The notes under the pieces are model-generated. The model had not been told where the DNA came from and made no database searches. It saw nothing but the letters and a program-made list of their open reading frames with translations. Position numbers and translations under genes: made by a program. Source: Styela clava (taxonomy: Eukaryota). Taken from it: 64,000 nucleotides of DNA. The stretch covers positions 7,998,001 through 8,062,000 of the forward strand of contig NC_135258.1 of the NCBI RefSeq assembly GCF_964204865.1. The letters are read 5' to 3'. Position 1 is the stretch's first letter, and each line of letters opens with the position of its first letter. This document shows, one piece after another, positions 26,632 to 39,975 of the stretch.

Positions 26632-28586
26632 CTCGTTTGTGCGACAGTGCAAAACGTGTAATGTGCTCGTTTCGAAGCACATATTGCTGTGAGCAGCTTT
26701 ATCTGAAATGTATTACAATGAGAATAAATTTTGTCTTCGCTTGTCAGGTCGTCATTTGGACCACTTACTGTGAGGCAACGAAGTTGCCATTTGATTTTAA
26801 CGCTTTAGCCTTGACACAAAAAATCAGTATCATCCTCCACATCGATAAAAAGTAAATAAAAACATGTATTGTTTGATAATATATTAAAAAAGGTCACATA
26901 GACTTCTCATTGTGCTAGGCTTTTACCACAGCAATAGAGGGTGAGAGTGCGTCATAGTTTTATTTTATTTCCTTTCCCCTGACATTGTTCCGATATATAG
27001 CAATTTACGATTCGCTTCCGCTAAACTAATTGTGTTTGGTTACCTTATATATTTTATACGTATAACAATATTCATATCAACCGATGGCATGATAATGTAT
27101 TAATTTGGTCGTGCAAAAAGTTACAATATAAGAGTTAAAATAAATACAATAAATTTGCTTTGATATGATGCAGGAACTTTAAACCGCCAAATGTGGCTGT
27201 TTCGATCCTTGCTCAAGTGCATTTAGTGCACAGTGACGCATTAACACAAAGGCACCAAGAAATTGGCAATAGTCAGGCTCATACTATCTCAATCAACCTT
27301 TAGTAGAAATTTCCTCAGTGTGTTCTTACTCACAACTTGTTCAGAGTAATACAGTAAACTAATCTAAAAGAATATAATATTTTTGTGCACCTTTCCATAG
27401 ATGCTTTCATTTGAATACCCAAATTTTTCAAAATGATCCACGAACCAATAACCAATAAACCGTTAAAATCCACTAATGTGTCTGTATTCGATTTGGATTC
27501 AGTCTATGGAAGCGATAAATATACTGTTGGGGCTGCCACTTTGTGTGAGATCGACCTGCTTAACGGGATCTCAATCGGTGCCACTTTGGTATGCGTTCAA
27601 TCTCATAAAAACATTCTCATGCAATTCGGTTCCTAACACTAACTAAAATTACTGAAATCGTACAACCGCTGAGATTGCATATCAAAGTAGCACCTTGTTG
27701 AGTAAATTAGATAAGATACCTTTTGCCACGGATATCTTTTAGTTAAAACATTATTGCAATTCAACCGTGGAGAATTTTTTTTACTTTCTTTCACTCGGTG
27801 GTTGCAATCAGAGAGACAGTTCTAATTTACTGAATAGACGGGGCAATTTCAAGACCGTATTCAGTCCAATATTTGTGAGGGGGCAATTATTTTTTCTATA
27901 ATGACGTAATACGACGCTTACTCGTACCTTTTGCGACGAAAAAGTTTAGATAAAAACAGCAACTGATATCTAAGCAATATCTTGAAGAATCTCTCAACAG
28001 ACTTACTTTGATGTCGAAGATTTCCAAGCTATATAAGCGCATGACCCCTTTTTCGCCCCCACCACTTAGCAACGCCTATATGATCAACATTGATGTGAAT
28101 CTCATCTATTCGCCCACCATTATTAAAAAGACGAATTATGTGGTTGAAGTTGATGATATATTTTAGGTAAGAAGACTCAAAACAAAGCAACTTTAATAAG
28201 ATGACAATAAAAATGCATGCAGATTATTACGGCTATTACTATTAGTCTGATATTATTTCACGATAGGCAAACATGATAATCTTGACACACATAAAAACAT
28301 GTATCAGGCAAAACTTGAAATTTTAATGGACTAATGAGAAAGTATCTATTTGACTGTAGGCTACTATACAGGGATGGCCATAATGTCGCGCACAAGAACA
28401 AAACTTACAATCTATGTTTAAACGTGTACGTCAATAGCCAACTCAGTTTAATTTGGATTGTTATCATGATGAATCAGAAACGACTGTGTCTCAGAATCGA
28501 ATAAGTTCAAAGTTTTTGTATCTTTGAGATTTACCTTAATGTGCGACTTTATGATTACCCTGTACGTAGATGTTACTTCTATACTA

Positions 28587-31500
28587 TTAAAAATCTGGGA
28601 CGGCTGATTTCCTGATCTTAATTTCCACAAATTTGGCAAATGGAGTGTATGTATTTTTCCACTTATACCAGGATAAACCCTCGGCGGATGTGCCTGTGTA
28701 TAAACCATTCAAGTTAGCGTGGTGACAATAGTTGTACCACCAACCCCCTATGTACGATTCAGCGCAATTTTTCCCTGGGTCCTGGTCGTTTTCTTGATCC
28801 TTTGTCGAAAATTGGTTATTGTTATGGTGCGCCATCGAATCGCCTGTTAATATAAACAATATGATAAATTCAATGACTCGAGAACAAGTGCAGTGCGATA
28901 CATGTTGCTCGAATAATTCGTTATAAGAGATGAAGATTGAGGCAACTAAAATTTTGTTGCTGCACATACACTTACTATATATACAAGGGGTTTTCAAACG
29001 TTTAGGGCTCGTGAGTACTTTCCCCCTTACGGAGTATTTTAACTCTCATGAATCCTCTGTTTATCATTCCATTAAGTTAAACAAATTCATGGCCAACAAG
29101 ATGAAACCACCTTCAGAAATAACCTTATCAAGCAACGAAACTAGGTAGAACGGGAAGCTTTCTTGTCAGGGCAGAAGTAAGATCAGTTTCGCGCCTAGCA
29201 CTGCGGCGCCCTCTAAATGCAAGGCCCCATTGGGTTCCCCGGTTGGTAACCGCTGTTATATAAATCGAAAAACAGCGTTATTGTCAATTGTTGATTATAA
29301 AAATCATTTTGAGCATACCTGCGTTTCCTGAATATCCGGTAATTTTTATTCGATAATTGTCTCCCGCTCCAGCAATTTGAAAATGGCTGAAAATTAGAAT
29401 ATTATTTGATATTTAATAATATATAAATGTATAGGATATTTTAGGTTATTTCATGATGATTCTACTTGAAACAAATTTGCCATGAACAATAACGATCAAC
29501 AAACGAAAATTTGAAAAAATTTCTAAAACTTCAAATGCTACAACCAATTACCCTGTTACTTTTATGTCTAGAATTCAAATATACAGGGCGACCAAGAAGT
29601 CTTCAAATTTTTCAAAATTGCAAAAGGAATTTATCGATACCATATATTGTTTTGGCCCTCACATGCATTAAATAAAGTAAAAATACCCAAACAATTACTG
29701 ATTAAAATACAACAAACCTGGTTTAAATATATTGAGAACTGAATTCATAAAATATAAGTTGTAAAAGAACTTTAAGCACACCCTGTATATTTACACGTAA
29801 TAACATTAGCAAACTTAAAATGGTAGTTCACTGAATAATCGACCGTTTTGTAAGTCTTTTTACGCTCTTTCATTTTATCAAATACTAAATAAAGTATACA
29901 AAATATTTGGCAGTGCGTAAAGGAAATTTCAATTACCCGTATTTTGCAAATAATTTTTTGTTGTCTTTTGTTATAAAGTCGAATCGAATCTCATGAGGAC
30001 CATTGGTGGATATTCTATGCATCGTCTCTAGTCCTGTGAAATATAAAGATATCAATAGTTAGTGTTGGCTGAATCGTGTTTTTTCAACTTTGAGAGTCAA
30101 TTCTAGTCAAGATGTTACGTCAGAGACAAAGTTAGGTGAGCCAGTTAGCTATTGGTTATCCCACATTTCTGAACTTAAATCTCGGACCACGGAAGTTTTT
30201 CAAACGCCCGAGAACGGTATCGAATCAAGTCACTGCATTCCCGTGTCACAAACCAGGGTCGTAATTTGAAAAATAAATTATTTGGAATCTGGTATATTTT
30301 ATGATATTTGGGGTGGACCAAAGTAGAATGACAGTTTTGTAACTATTAATAATAATTAAAGTAATTTAACATCAATTGTAATCTACTTCTGGTCCACCCT
30401 ATATATATATATGATAGTCGGATAAACGAATGCGTATTAATAGAAAATTCGAGACAAAACGAGAAATAACATATTGCCTTGATATCCGCGACACCATCCT
30501 CTGTATGACATTATATAAATTTGATTATATTTTAAACAACCAACGCATAATTATGTTTATAATATTAAGTATACCTAGCCAGAATTCTCGTTCTATGTGA
30601 CCAAAACCGGTGACATAGTCATTCCAGTCACGATAAAAATCTTCCGATCCGTCAAGTCTTCTTTGTATTACCTTAAAAAAAGAATGTGACAGGTTAATTA
30701 AAATGAGTTGCGATCGTCAAATTTTAGGGACAACTATTCTACTCAGATGTTTGTATTCTTTTCTTTTGTGTCATAAAACGAGCATATGGAATAATATATT
30801 ATATGTTTAATTTTTTTGCGCGGATTGTGACGCATTGGTCTGAAATCTACGGCTAGTGTTAGGGCGACGCTTTCCATCGCATCTCTGATTACACTGCGTG
30901 GGTTCGCAGGTTTGAATCCTGTGGGTGATTATATGCATAAGAATTGCTTAATTCCTCACCGCCGTATGGTGGTACGGGGGTACATGAGGGTTATCAAAAC
31001 TCTACTCACAATCCAACCGCCACCATCGGTTACTTGATCACAATACACTTGGACTCCCTGTTTACTTTCATTGAACGGATGAATCGCATAATTTCCACTT
31101 GATATCACGTGATTCTTTACCGCTGCACAGTCCCGTGGAAACATCCATTCTAGAAAAAGTAATTGCACTTTTATTATGCTCCATGCCTGTTCAGATAATT
31201 TAAAAAAAAATGGAAATTATTGGGAAATTATCTTTACATGTTATCAAGCTATGTTACGAGTATAATAAACTTCCCAAGTCAAAGTATTGTTCTTTGTATC
31301 CTATCTAATAACCAAAATAATTATATTTATTTCGTTTTTTCCTATGCAAATACCAATTGCCCGAAGGAACAAGCAACAAGTACAATTGCAATGACGATTA
31401 GCTACTTGCAATTTATCGTTCAAAAAATTCACTATACCAAACTATATAACAAGTAAATTAAAGTTTCCCAATGTATGCATTGGAACATTTTATAACTTAC

Positions 31501-31777
31501 CATCCAACTCTTGAACTTGACGTTCAAGCTGTTCGTATCGTTCAACTAAATCTTCGCAGCAAGTACTTGGTGGCCCTGCTGGTCCTATCATTCCACGAGG
31601 TCCTTCTGGGCCGCGCTCTCCAGGTGGTCCAGGAGGCCCTTCCTTACAAGGTACTTCCTCATTACATGGAAGATGACAAATTCCGAGACTAATACTTGCT
31701 TGAGACTTACAAGCAAAGTATTGGAGAATAATTAATGTCACCAAGAAAAATGACTTAGTATTGCCCGTCCACATCAT
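28587..31777 (-). CDS. Ficolin-like lectin copy 4, 6 exons, ~311 aa
   Basis: Exons 31777-31501, 31149-31010, 30671-30575, 30033-29937, 29386-29319, 28843-28587. Introns are GT-AG and 936 nt are in frame. It has 3 amino-acid differences from copy 3. Confidence 0.92.
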
Positions 31778-34737
31778 GTCCTCTGATGAATTTCACAGGA
31801 ATAAAATACCAAACGGCCCAGAATAATTGCTTTTATATACAACACATTGTATTGGTGCCTCTGCGGTTAAATGAGTTTTAGTAGGCAGTTATGTCACGGC
31901 TGTAATGGTAGCAGAATGACATTGATATGTCGCTAATAAACACATACACGCGAAAACCTATCTCTAGATCATATTAATTCAGCAGGCTATTCACCGTATG
32001 CATCACATGTATATAGCATAAGATCTTGTTTCGTGTTAAAAAGTGCAGCATAGTGATATTTAATCAAATTAGGTCTTTTTAGGGTGTGAAGTATTGCGGT
32101 TATTCTTGCAATCTCATTAAGACCTATATATCTCCCGATTCAATTAGAACTTGCTGGTGCTGGTGTTTCTGTTTTGAATAATACAAACATTTCATTCTTA
32201 ATTGACGTTTAATTTATTCATTCTCATGCATAACAACATCTATAATATGTTTATCCCCCACAAATATTTTAAAAGTTAGATTTAAGGGGCATCAATATTA
32301 GGAATTCGACCTGGGCAGCAGAACAGTTTGACAAGCCCCTGTCTATAATCCTCTCTACAGACCGATTTTAGAATTGATATCGATTTAGAATCGAATATAT
32401 TTAATCAAATCGTGTTGCCGATGCGATGATGCCGAAGAAAAGTTTTTAATCATGATGGACGGTGTGAAATCAATAGCGACGTACTACTCCCGTGACCACA
32501 ATTTTACGTAAAAATGTTTGCTTATGACACTTTATTTTTAGCGTAAGCTGGGTTTAAAATACCCATGTTCAATTATGACAATTATACAACCACATATTTG
32601 GTAACACTGGGGGACGCAATGTAAATGTAGCAAGGTGCTTATTTAAATGTCCATGCACGTTATGCTTTATTTGTGACACATTGCAATAAAATAAGTTAGT
32701 GTGCCGAATCTCTTCTAGTGGTGCACTTCTGTGCACTCATCGATGTTGCATACTTGGGCTGTATAGATACCGTTTGAGAAGCTCTTGTCTAGACTCAGGG
32801 ATGGCGAACTTGCGGCCCACAAACTAATTTTTTGAGGCCCACGAACGACCCGACATTTAACGCATAAAACAAAAATTGATTCTTAGTATATTATTGGCTC
32901 CCCACGGATTTATTTGGATACAGTCTACAAGTGATTTTGTACGGCACTTGTTTAGTAGTGAGTAGCGTCAGTTGTATGTTCCTTCTTGATGAACGTCATT
33001 TGTAATTATAAGTTATGTCTAGTTTGATTTTTAAAATTTGAAAATATCTGGAATACGGAGGGAGTTTGCGACGAGAGTCAAACATTCCAAAGTTCTTGGA
33101 CGAAAATTATTTTTTTCCTTGCCCCTTTTAAAACCAGTTTGCTTGATATGCCAAGTCAGCATCGCAGTTATTAATGGATTTAATGTAAAATGTCAATACA
33201 AAACGTGATATGGCAAATACGAAATTCAATCTCGAGACCCGGGTTTGCGCCATTGCTTATTGCGCGACAGTGCAAAACGTGTAAAGTGCTCGCTCGAGAG
33301 CACATATTGCTGTGAGCAGCTCTAAAATGTATTACACTGAGAATAAATTTCGTACTCGCTTGTCAGGTCGTCATTTGGACGACGTACAGCGGGGCAACGA
33401 AGTTGCCATTTGATTTTAACGCTTCAGCCATGACAGAGAAACATAATCATCCTCCACATCGATAATAAGTAAATAAAAACATGTATTGTTTGATAATATA
33501 TTAAAAAAAGCCGCTCATACTTCTCATTGTGCCATGCTTTTATCACAGCAATAGAGGGTGCGAGTGCGTCATAGTTTGAAGTAGTTTCATGTGGAGATGG
33601 TTCGTAGGCGAAAATTGATGCGGTTCGCACGCCACCGGAAATGTGTATAGCTGACGCGCACGTACATAAAGTTTGTCGACGACTGATCTATGGAGTGCAG
33701 GGGCAAAAGCATTTATTACGACCAGCCTTTGTTTGAACATCTTAAGTTACAATAGTAAAAGTTAAAATAAATACAATAAAATTTTCTAAATTCTGAGGCA
33801 AGTACTTTGAACCGTCCAATGTGGCTGTTTCAATCCTTGCTCAGGTATTCCTGCATTCAGTGCACAGTGGCGCATTAACACAAATGCACCAAGAATTTGG
33901 CAATAGTCAGGCACGTGCTATATCAATCAACCTTGTGATTGACCAATCAATCCTTTAAATTACCTTAGTGTATACTTGCTCACAACTTATTCAGAGTAAT
34001 ACAGTGAACTTATCTAAAAGATTATATTATTTTTGTGCACCTTTCCATAGATACTTTCATTTGAATGCCCAAATTTTTCATAATGAACGGTAACCACTAA
34101 CCAATGAAGCGCTAAAATTAACACATGATTATATTCAATTTGATTCAGTCCATGGAAGCTATAAATATGCGTTTAACCTCCTAAAGTCATTTTCATAGAA
34201 TTCAGTTCATAACCCTTACTAAAATCAATACATAACGAAATAGTGTTCTGTTGGGTATATAAAACGTAAACTCTGAAATATCCGAATTCTAACCCATGCA
34301 ATAGATATCTTTTAATCAGAAAAAAATATAGATTGCGCTTCATTCGCCGGTAAATTGACACTTTTTATTTTAAATTACTCGATTGGTTACAATCAACGAG
34401 AAAACGTAAGTTTTAACAGGAGAGGCATGGTACATTGGTGTGAATCTCATCTATTCGTCCTTCATTATGAAGTCGAATTTTGTAATGTAGAAATGAATTG
34501 TTATTTTTTCATGAGAATTACATGCTTTAAAATAAAACAACAGGAGGCAAAGCAAAGCAAATGTTATATATACTGGCAATAAAAATGTATACAGATTTTT
34601 CTGTGATTGTTATTAATCCGCTTGTATTTGACGCTACGCGGGCATAATACTTTTTTCACTTATAAAAACACCAAGAAAATTTACAACCTAATAGAGCAAG
34701 TGTTTATTTGATTCAAACAATAAATGGCAATGGCTGT

Positions 34738-37700
34738 TTAGTTTCTGCGTTTCCGGATCTTCATTTCTACAAATTTTGCAAATGGAGTGTATGAATTTTT
34801 CCACCTAAACCAGGATAAACCCTTGGCCGATGCCGTTGTGTCTGCGTATAAACCATTCAAGTTAGCGTTATGGCACCGATTGTACCACCACCCCCCTTTG
34901 TACGATACAGCGCAATTTTTTCCAGGGTCGTGATCGTTTTCTTGATCCTTCGTCGTAAATTGGTTATTGTTATGGTTTGCCATTGAATCGCCTGTTAAGT
35001 GAAACGACATGATAAATTCAATCACCCAAGAATAAGTGCCGTGCGATACATGTTACTCTATTAAATTGTATCGTTATAAGAGATCGATGAAACTGTTTTA
35101 AACATATACATACTACATTAATTTAATATGTAAAACAGCGCTATTTTCTATTGTTAATTATAATAAATATTTTGAGCATACCAGCATTTCCTGAATATCC
35201 GGTAATTGTTATTCGATAATTTTCTTCTGCCCCAGCAATTTGAAATTGTCTAAACATTAGAAACTTTTGTGAATTTAACACATAAATTGTATTTTTAATC
35301 ACGTAATATTGCTTAAGATGAGTTTACGTGGTGCATATTTGCAAGAAACGAAATGAACAATAAATTGAAGAAATCACTGAAATATCAATTGGTATAACAA
35401 ATTCATAAGTATAAATACTACGGGAGGCTCTTGGCTAGTCTTCGAACTGATAATAGGACTAAAATAAGGAAAATTGGAAAAAAATTATCGCCTAACCCTA
35501 ACCTGTTACCCATGTTACGTTCCGATGTCCGCCATCTTGGTTCGCATACTTTGGGAGCACCCATTTTTATTCCATCCAACTATAAATGGAGCATTGAAAA
35601 TAATTACCCGTATTTTGCAAATATTTTTTCGTTGCCTCTTGTTATAAAATCGAATCGAATTTCATGAAGACCATTGATGGATATTCTGTGCATCGTCTCC
35701 AGTCCTGTAAATTATAAAGATATTGATAGCTAGTGCTTAGCCCTCATTTCTGAACTCAAACCTTGAATCAAGGATTATCTTATTCAGAACCTTGTTTTAT
35801 TGCAACGCTCGAGAACGGATGTGGATTGGAGCCACTTCATTCCCGAGTCACAAGTCAAGTTCAGTCGCAGTCGAGCCAGATTCGGAGTTGATTTTAACAA
35901 AGAGTGAAGTACATAATATTCTTTCTCAGAAAATCTAATTTTGAAATTAAAAATTCAACCGTTTTAGCCCGAAAAAATATTTATGACAGAACACCATTCC
36001 ACTAGTCTATGAAAAAGTGTGTGAAGAAAATGTGAGCTATTAACGTTTATTGACGTACGAATATTCAGAGAACGGAAATCGTTTAGCATATTTTATATGT
36101 TAATGCTGGCTCATTATAAATAGCTGGTCGGATTATCGAATCCTTAACATCACCATAACTTCCGGGACAGTACAAAAAAGATTCTTTTATCATGGACGCC
36201 ACCATGCGCAGAAAAAACTTGAAAATGCCTTTAAGGTGTTATATCTATAAATTCAAGTTGTTCGTCATTTTAAGTATACCTAGCCAGAATTCTTGTTCTT
36301 TGTAACCAAAACCTGTGACATAGTCTTCCCAGTCACGATAAAAATCTTCCGATCCGTCAAGTCTTCTTTGTATTACCTAAAAATGAACGTGACAAGAAAA
36401 ATGATCTTTGATTTGCAATCGTCGACGTTTTTCATCGCTCCTCTGATTTCCCTGCGTGGGTTCGTAAGTTGGAATTCAGCGGCGGATACTTATGTGCCAG
36501 AGAATTACTGAACTCTTTCATCGCCGTAGAGTGGTAACCGTAAAGGTTGGTCGGTTTTGCCTACCTAAAGTTCATATACTTGAAACAAAATAACTGGTAA
36601 CCGGACGAGGAGGCCGTGGTACGCTTCATGACTATAATTTTAAAATGGTCGCAGACGAATTATGTTCCAAAACCTTCAGATTTCTGGATCTGTTCTTGAC
36701 CAACGGCAGTTTAATATCATGAACGGTAGTGTACAGTGTCTAGAGTCTGGACTAGACTAAAGGTTCATGCATCGTTGTTCTGCCTATCTCATTAAAAATA
36801 CATAAATTCTATTACGTGCACTGAGCCCTCTGCACGCAATTATATTGAATAGGTGTATTGAGATACGAAGTAAATGGGATTAAAAATAGAAAAAATGCCA
36901 CACTTGGTTGTTGCTATTCAAGAGTTTTATCTAAACATAGTCACATGGAATTGAGATATATATCAGAATTGCGTATGATAATGATTTCTGTTTGGGCCTC
37001 ATGCTATTGAACTACTAAGTCTTAAATATAGACAGAACGTTTTTCGAATGCACTTACAATCCAACCGCCTCCATCGGTTTCTTGATCACAATACACTTGG
37101 ACTCCTTGTTTACTTTCATTGAACGGATGAATCACGTAAGTTCCACTTGATATCACGTGACTTTTTACCGCTGCACAGTCATGTGGGAATATCCATCCTA
37201 AAAAAATATTGTCACTTATGTTATGTTCCCTGCTTGGTTGAATAATTCAAAAAGTAAGGATGGTTTGGAAAAATAATCTTCACCTGTCATCGAGTTATGT
37301 TACGAATATAAATATACCTTTCAAATCAAAACAATGCTCTTCGAATCTTATTGAAATGTCTAATTATTTGTGTTTCATTTTTTCTTGTACAGATAACAGT
37401 TGTATAAGCAATAGGTACAATTGCAATGTGAGTAAGCTTCTTGTGATTTTTCGCTCAAACAATGCACTATACTAACCTAAGAGTCAGTAAGAGACCATAT
37501 CGAATAAATGCGGACACGAGGCTTTCCAAATGCCCCAATACACTGTAACATTATGTTTACTTACCATTTAACTCCTGAACTTGACGTTCAAGCTGTTCGT
37601 TTCGTTCAACTAGATCTTCACAGCAACTACTTGGTGACCCTTTCGGTCCAACTAATCCGCGATTTCCTACTGGACCGCGCTTTCCCGGTGATCCAGGTGG

Positions 37701-37850
37701 ACCTCTTACGCGTGAAGGGAGCTGGCTCTCGTTCTCATCACATGAAAGCTGACAAGTTCCGAGACTAATACTTGCTTTAGACGTACAAACGAAGTATTGA
37801 AGAATAAGTAATGTCTCCAAGAAAAATGGATTAGTTTTGCCCGCCCTCAT
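34738..37850 (-). CDS. Ficolin-like lectin copy 5, 6 exons, ~313 aa
   Basis: Exons 37850-37565, 37197-37058, 36376-36280, 35704-35608, 35249-35182, 34991-34738. Introns are GT-AG and 942 nt are in frame. Confidence 0.92.
35422..35562 (+). mobile_element. MITE family A-related insertion in intron 4 of ficolin copy 5
   Basis: cttggcta...aaaattatcgcctaaccctaacctg...gggagcaccc. Not present in the other paralogues. Confidence 0.55.
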
Positions 37851-38834
37851 TATCTTCGTCTGGTAGAATTCTGAGCAATAAAATATGAAAGGGCCCAGAA
37901 TAATTGCTTCTATACACTACGCACTGTGTTGATGCTTCCCTGAATAGCAGGTGCGTTTTTGTAGGCAGCTGTTGTTATGTTTAGACTATTTTTTTCCTGT
38001 GAACATCTATCTCTAGGGAATTTCAAGTCGGCAGGCTATTTTACTGTATGTCAAACGTCGTATACCTAGTAGAGAATGTTGTTGAGCGTTTCAGAAATAA
38101 TCAATCAAATTAGGCCTTTGACCTGTGAAGTATTTCGGTTATTCTTGCAATCTCGTTAGGATGTATATACCGCACGATTTAAGTAAAGCGTGACTGCATT
38201 TTCAAAGCATATTTCCCACACAATATAACAACGTTGGGATAAGAGCTGGAGATTGTATTTCTGTTTTGATAAGGAATATTCCAATGTCCTTTTTAAAGAT
38301 GGATTTTACATTTGCTACGTCGAATATATTTAATCAAATCTACTAGCGACTGTTGTTATGCGTAGCGTTTGCAGCTCTCTTTGGGGAATCCCATAGGCCG
38401 CACTGCTTTTGAACATAATAAAAATATTTGTCTCCCTACATATTTCTGACGCGTTATTTTCGCCAATAGTTAGCAGGATGAATTCAATGTCTAGCGGTCT
38501 CTAGAGATCACTATGTATCAAACACATCTTTTGATGTCAATTTGTGAATTTCAGGTGACATGCAAACATATATTTATTTCTTCATTGATTCGTCTTCATT
38601 GAAAAATATCAGCCATCTTGTTTTGAGGTGAATCCCTCAATTTCTTTGTGAATTTCTATTTATGGAATGCATTTATGACATGCGACTTTTCTCTGTTTGG
38701 TGAGTTACTGATAAAACAAGTTTTTTTTGTGTGTGTGACAACTCAATGAACTGACTGAGTGATGGATTCTTTGTCTTCTCTAATTTGTGTGTCTGGAGCA
38801 CTCATTGCAATAAAAAGTCACATTCAATCACGTT

Positions 38835-39413
38835 AAAATTAGCTCCCTCTTGACCGGGACAACATGCTGTTGGTCTTTAATAAATCCCGCCATATGCGAG
38901 TTTTATCGATTTTGCGTCAGATTATCAAAATTCAATCAAAAAATTGACATAATTCTGATTTATTGTTGAAATTTGTGCTAGTTTGCTTACAATCTTTAGT
39001 ACTATATCTTCAATTTGAAATAACAAAATCAGCCACCTCTTGGCGACCAGAACACCTTGCTGCTTGGCTTTGAAAATCACCAAAATCCCCATATGCGAGC
39101 CATGTCAGTTTCACGTCAGTATACCGAAATTCAATAAAAAAAAATTGACATAATCCCAATTTTTTGTTGAAATTGATTCACAATTTTTTCACTATTTTTA
39201 TGACTATATCTCCAATATGAAAATATAAAACCAGTTCCCTCTTAGACAAAACACCATGCTGTTGGGCTTTGAAAATCCCCTGAATTGCCTTACGTCATTT
39301 TGTTTCAGAATACCAAAATTCAGTCGAAAAATTGAATTCATTGAAATTCATTTGCTTCTGCTTACAATCTTTATGATTATATCTTTCATTTGAAATAATG
39401 ATAACATCCCCTC
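38835..39413. repeat. Degenerate ~190-200-bp tandem repeat, ~3 units
   Basis: Unit starts (aaaa..ag..ccctctt) at ~38835, 39025 and 39227. The motifs catgctg..ggctttgaaaatc, aaaattgacataat and actatatcttcaatttgaaa recur. Confidence 0.75.
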
Positions 39414-39975
39414 ACCGGTTCTTTGCTTATATCCGTATATTAATCCGTATATCAATTTCGCTTTGTCAATATTTTTCCGTGTGTGAATGATGTGAATCTC
39501 TTCTATTGGTCCTCCAATATGTAAAGTTGAATTATGTGATGAAAGTTAATATATTTTAGATGAAAATACTCAAAACAAAACAATCACAATATATATATTA
39601 ACAATGAAAACATATACAGATTTTTTTCTGTTAGTAATATTAGTCTGGTAACATGATACTCTTGACACTCATAAAAACATCTAGACACAAATTGACAACT
39701 GAATAGAGCAAGATATTATTTGATTGTACAAAACAGGGCGGCTATAGAGTCGCGAACCAAGGTAACACACACAATCCATAATGACGTCGATGTATGCCGG
39801 ATTTTAGAATGTTATCATGATCAATCAGAAAAAACAATCAAGTTCGAATGATTCCAGGGTTTTGTATCTTTGGAATTTTCATATTTACCTCGGTGCGCAA
39901 TTTTATTGACAACCTGTACGTAGATGGTAGGTATGAACTATATTAATCTATACTATTCAAAATGTGCCACGCTAT

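Larger units (their letters stand above)
20370..33575. repeat. Recent direct tandem duplication, two ~6.6-kb units (~20370-26960 and ~26975-33575)
   Basis: A constant offset of ~6615-6617 nt separates the exons of copies 3 and 4. Introns and flanks are nearly identical. Confidence 0.9.
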
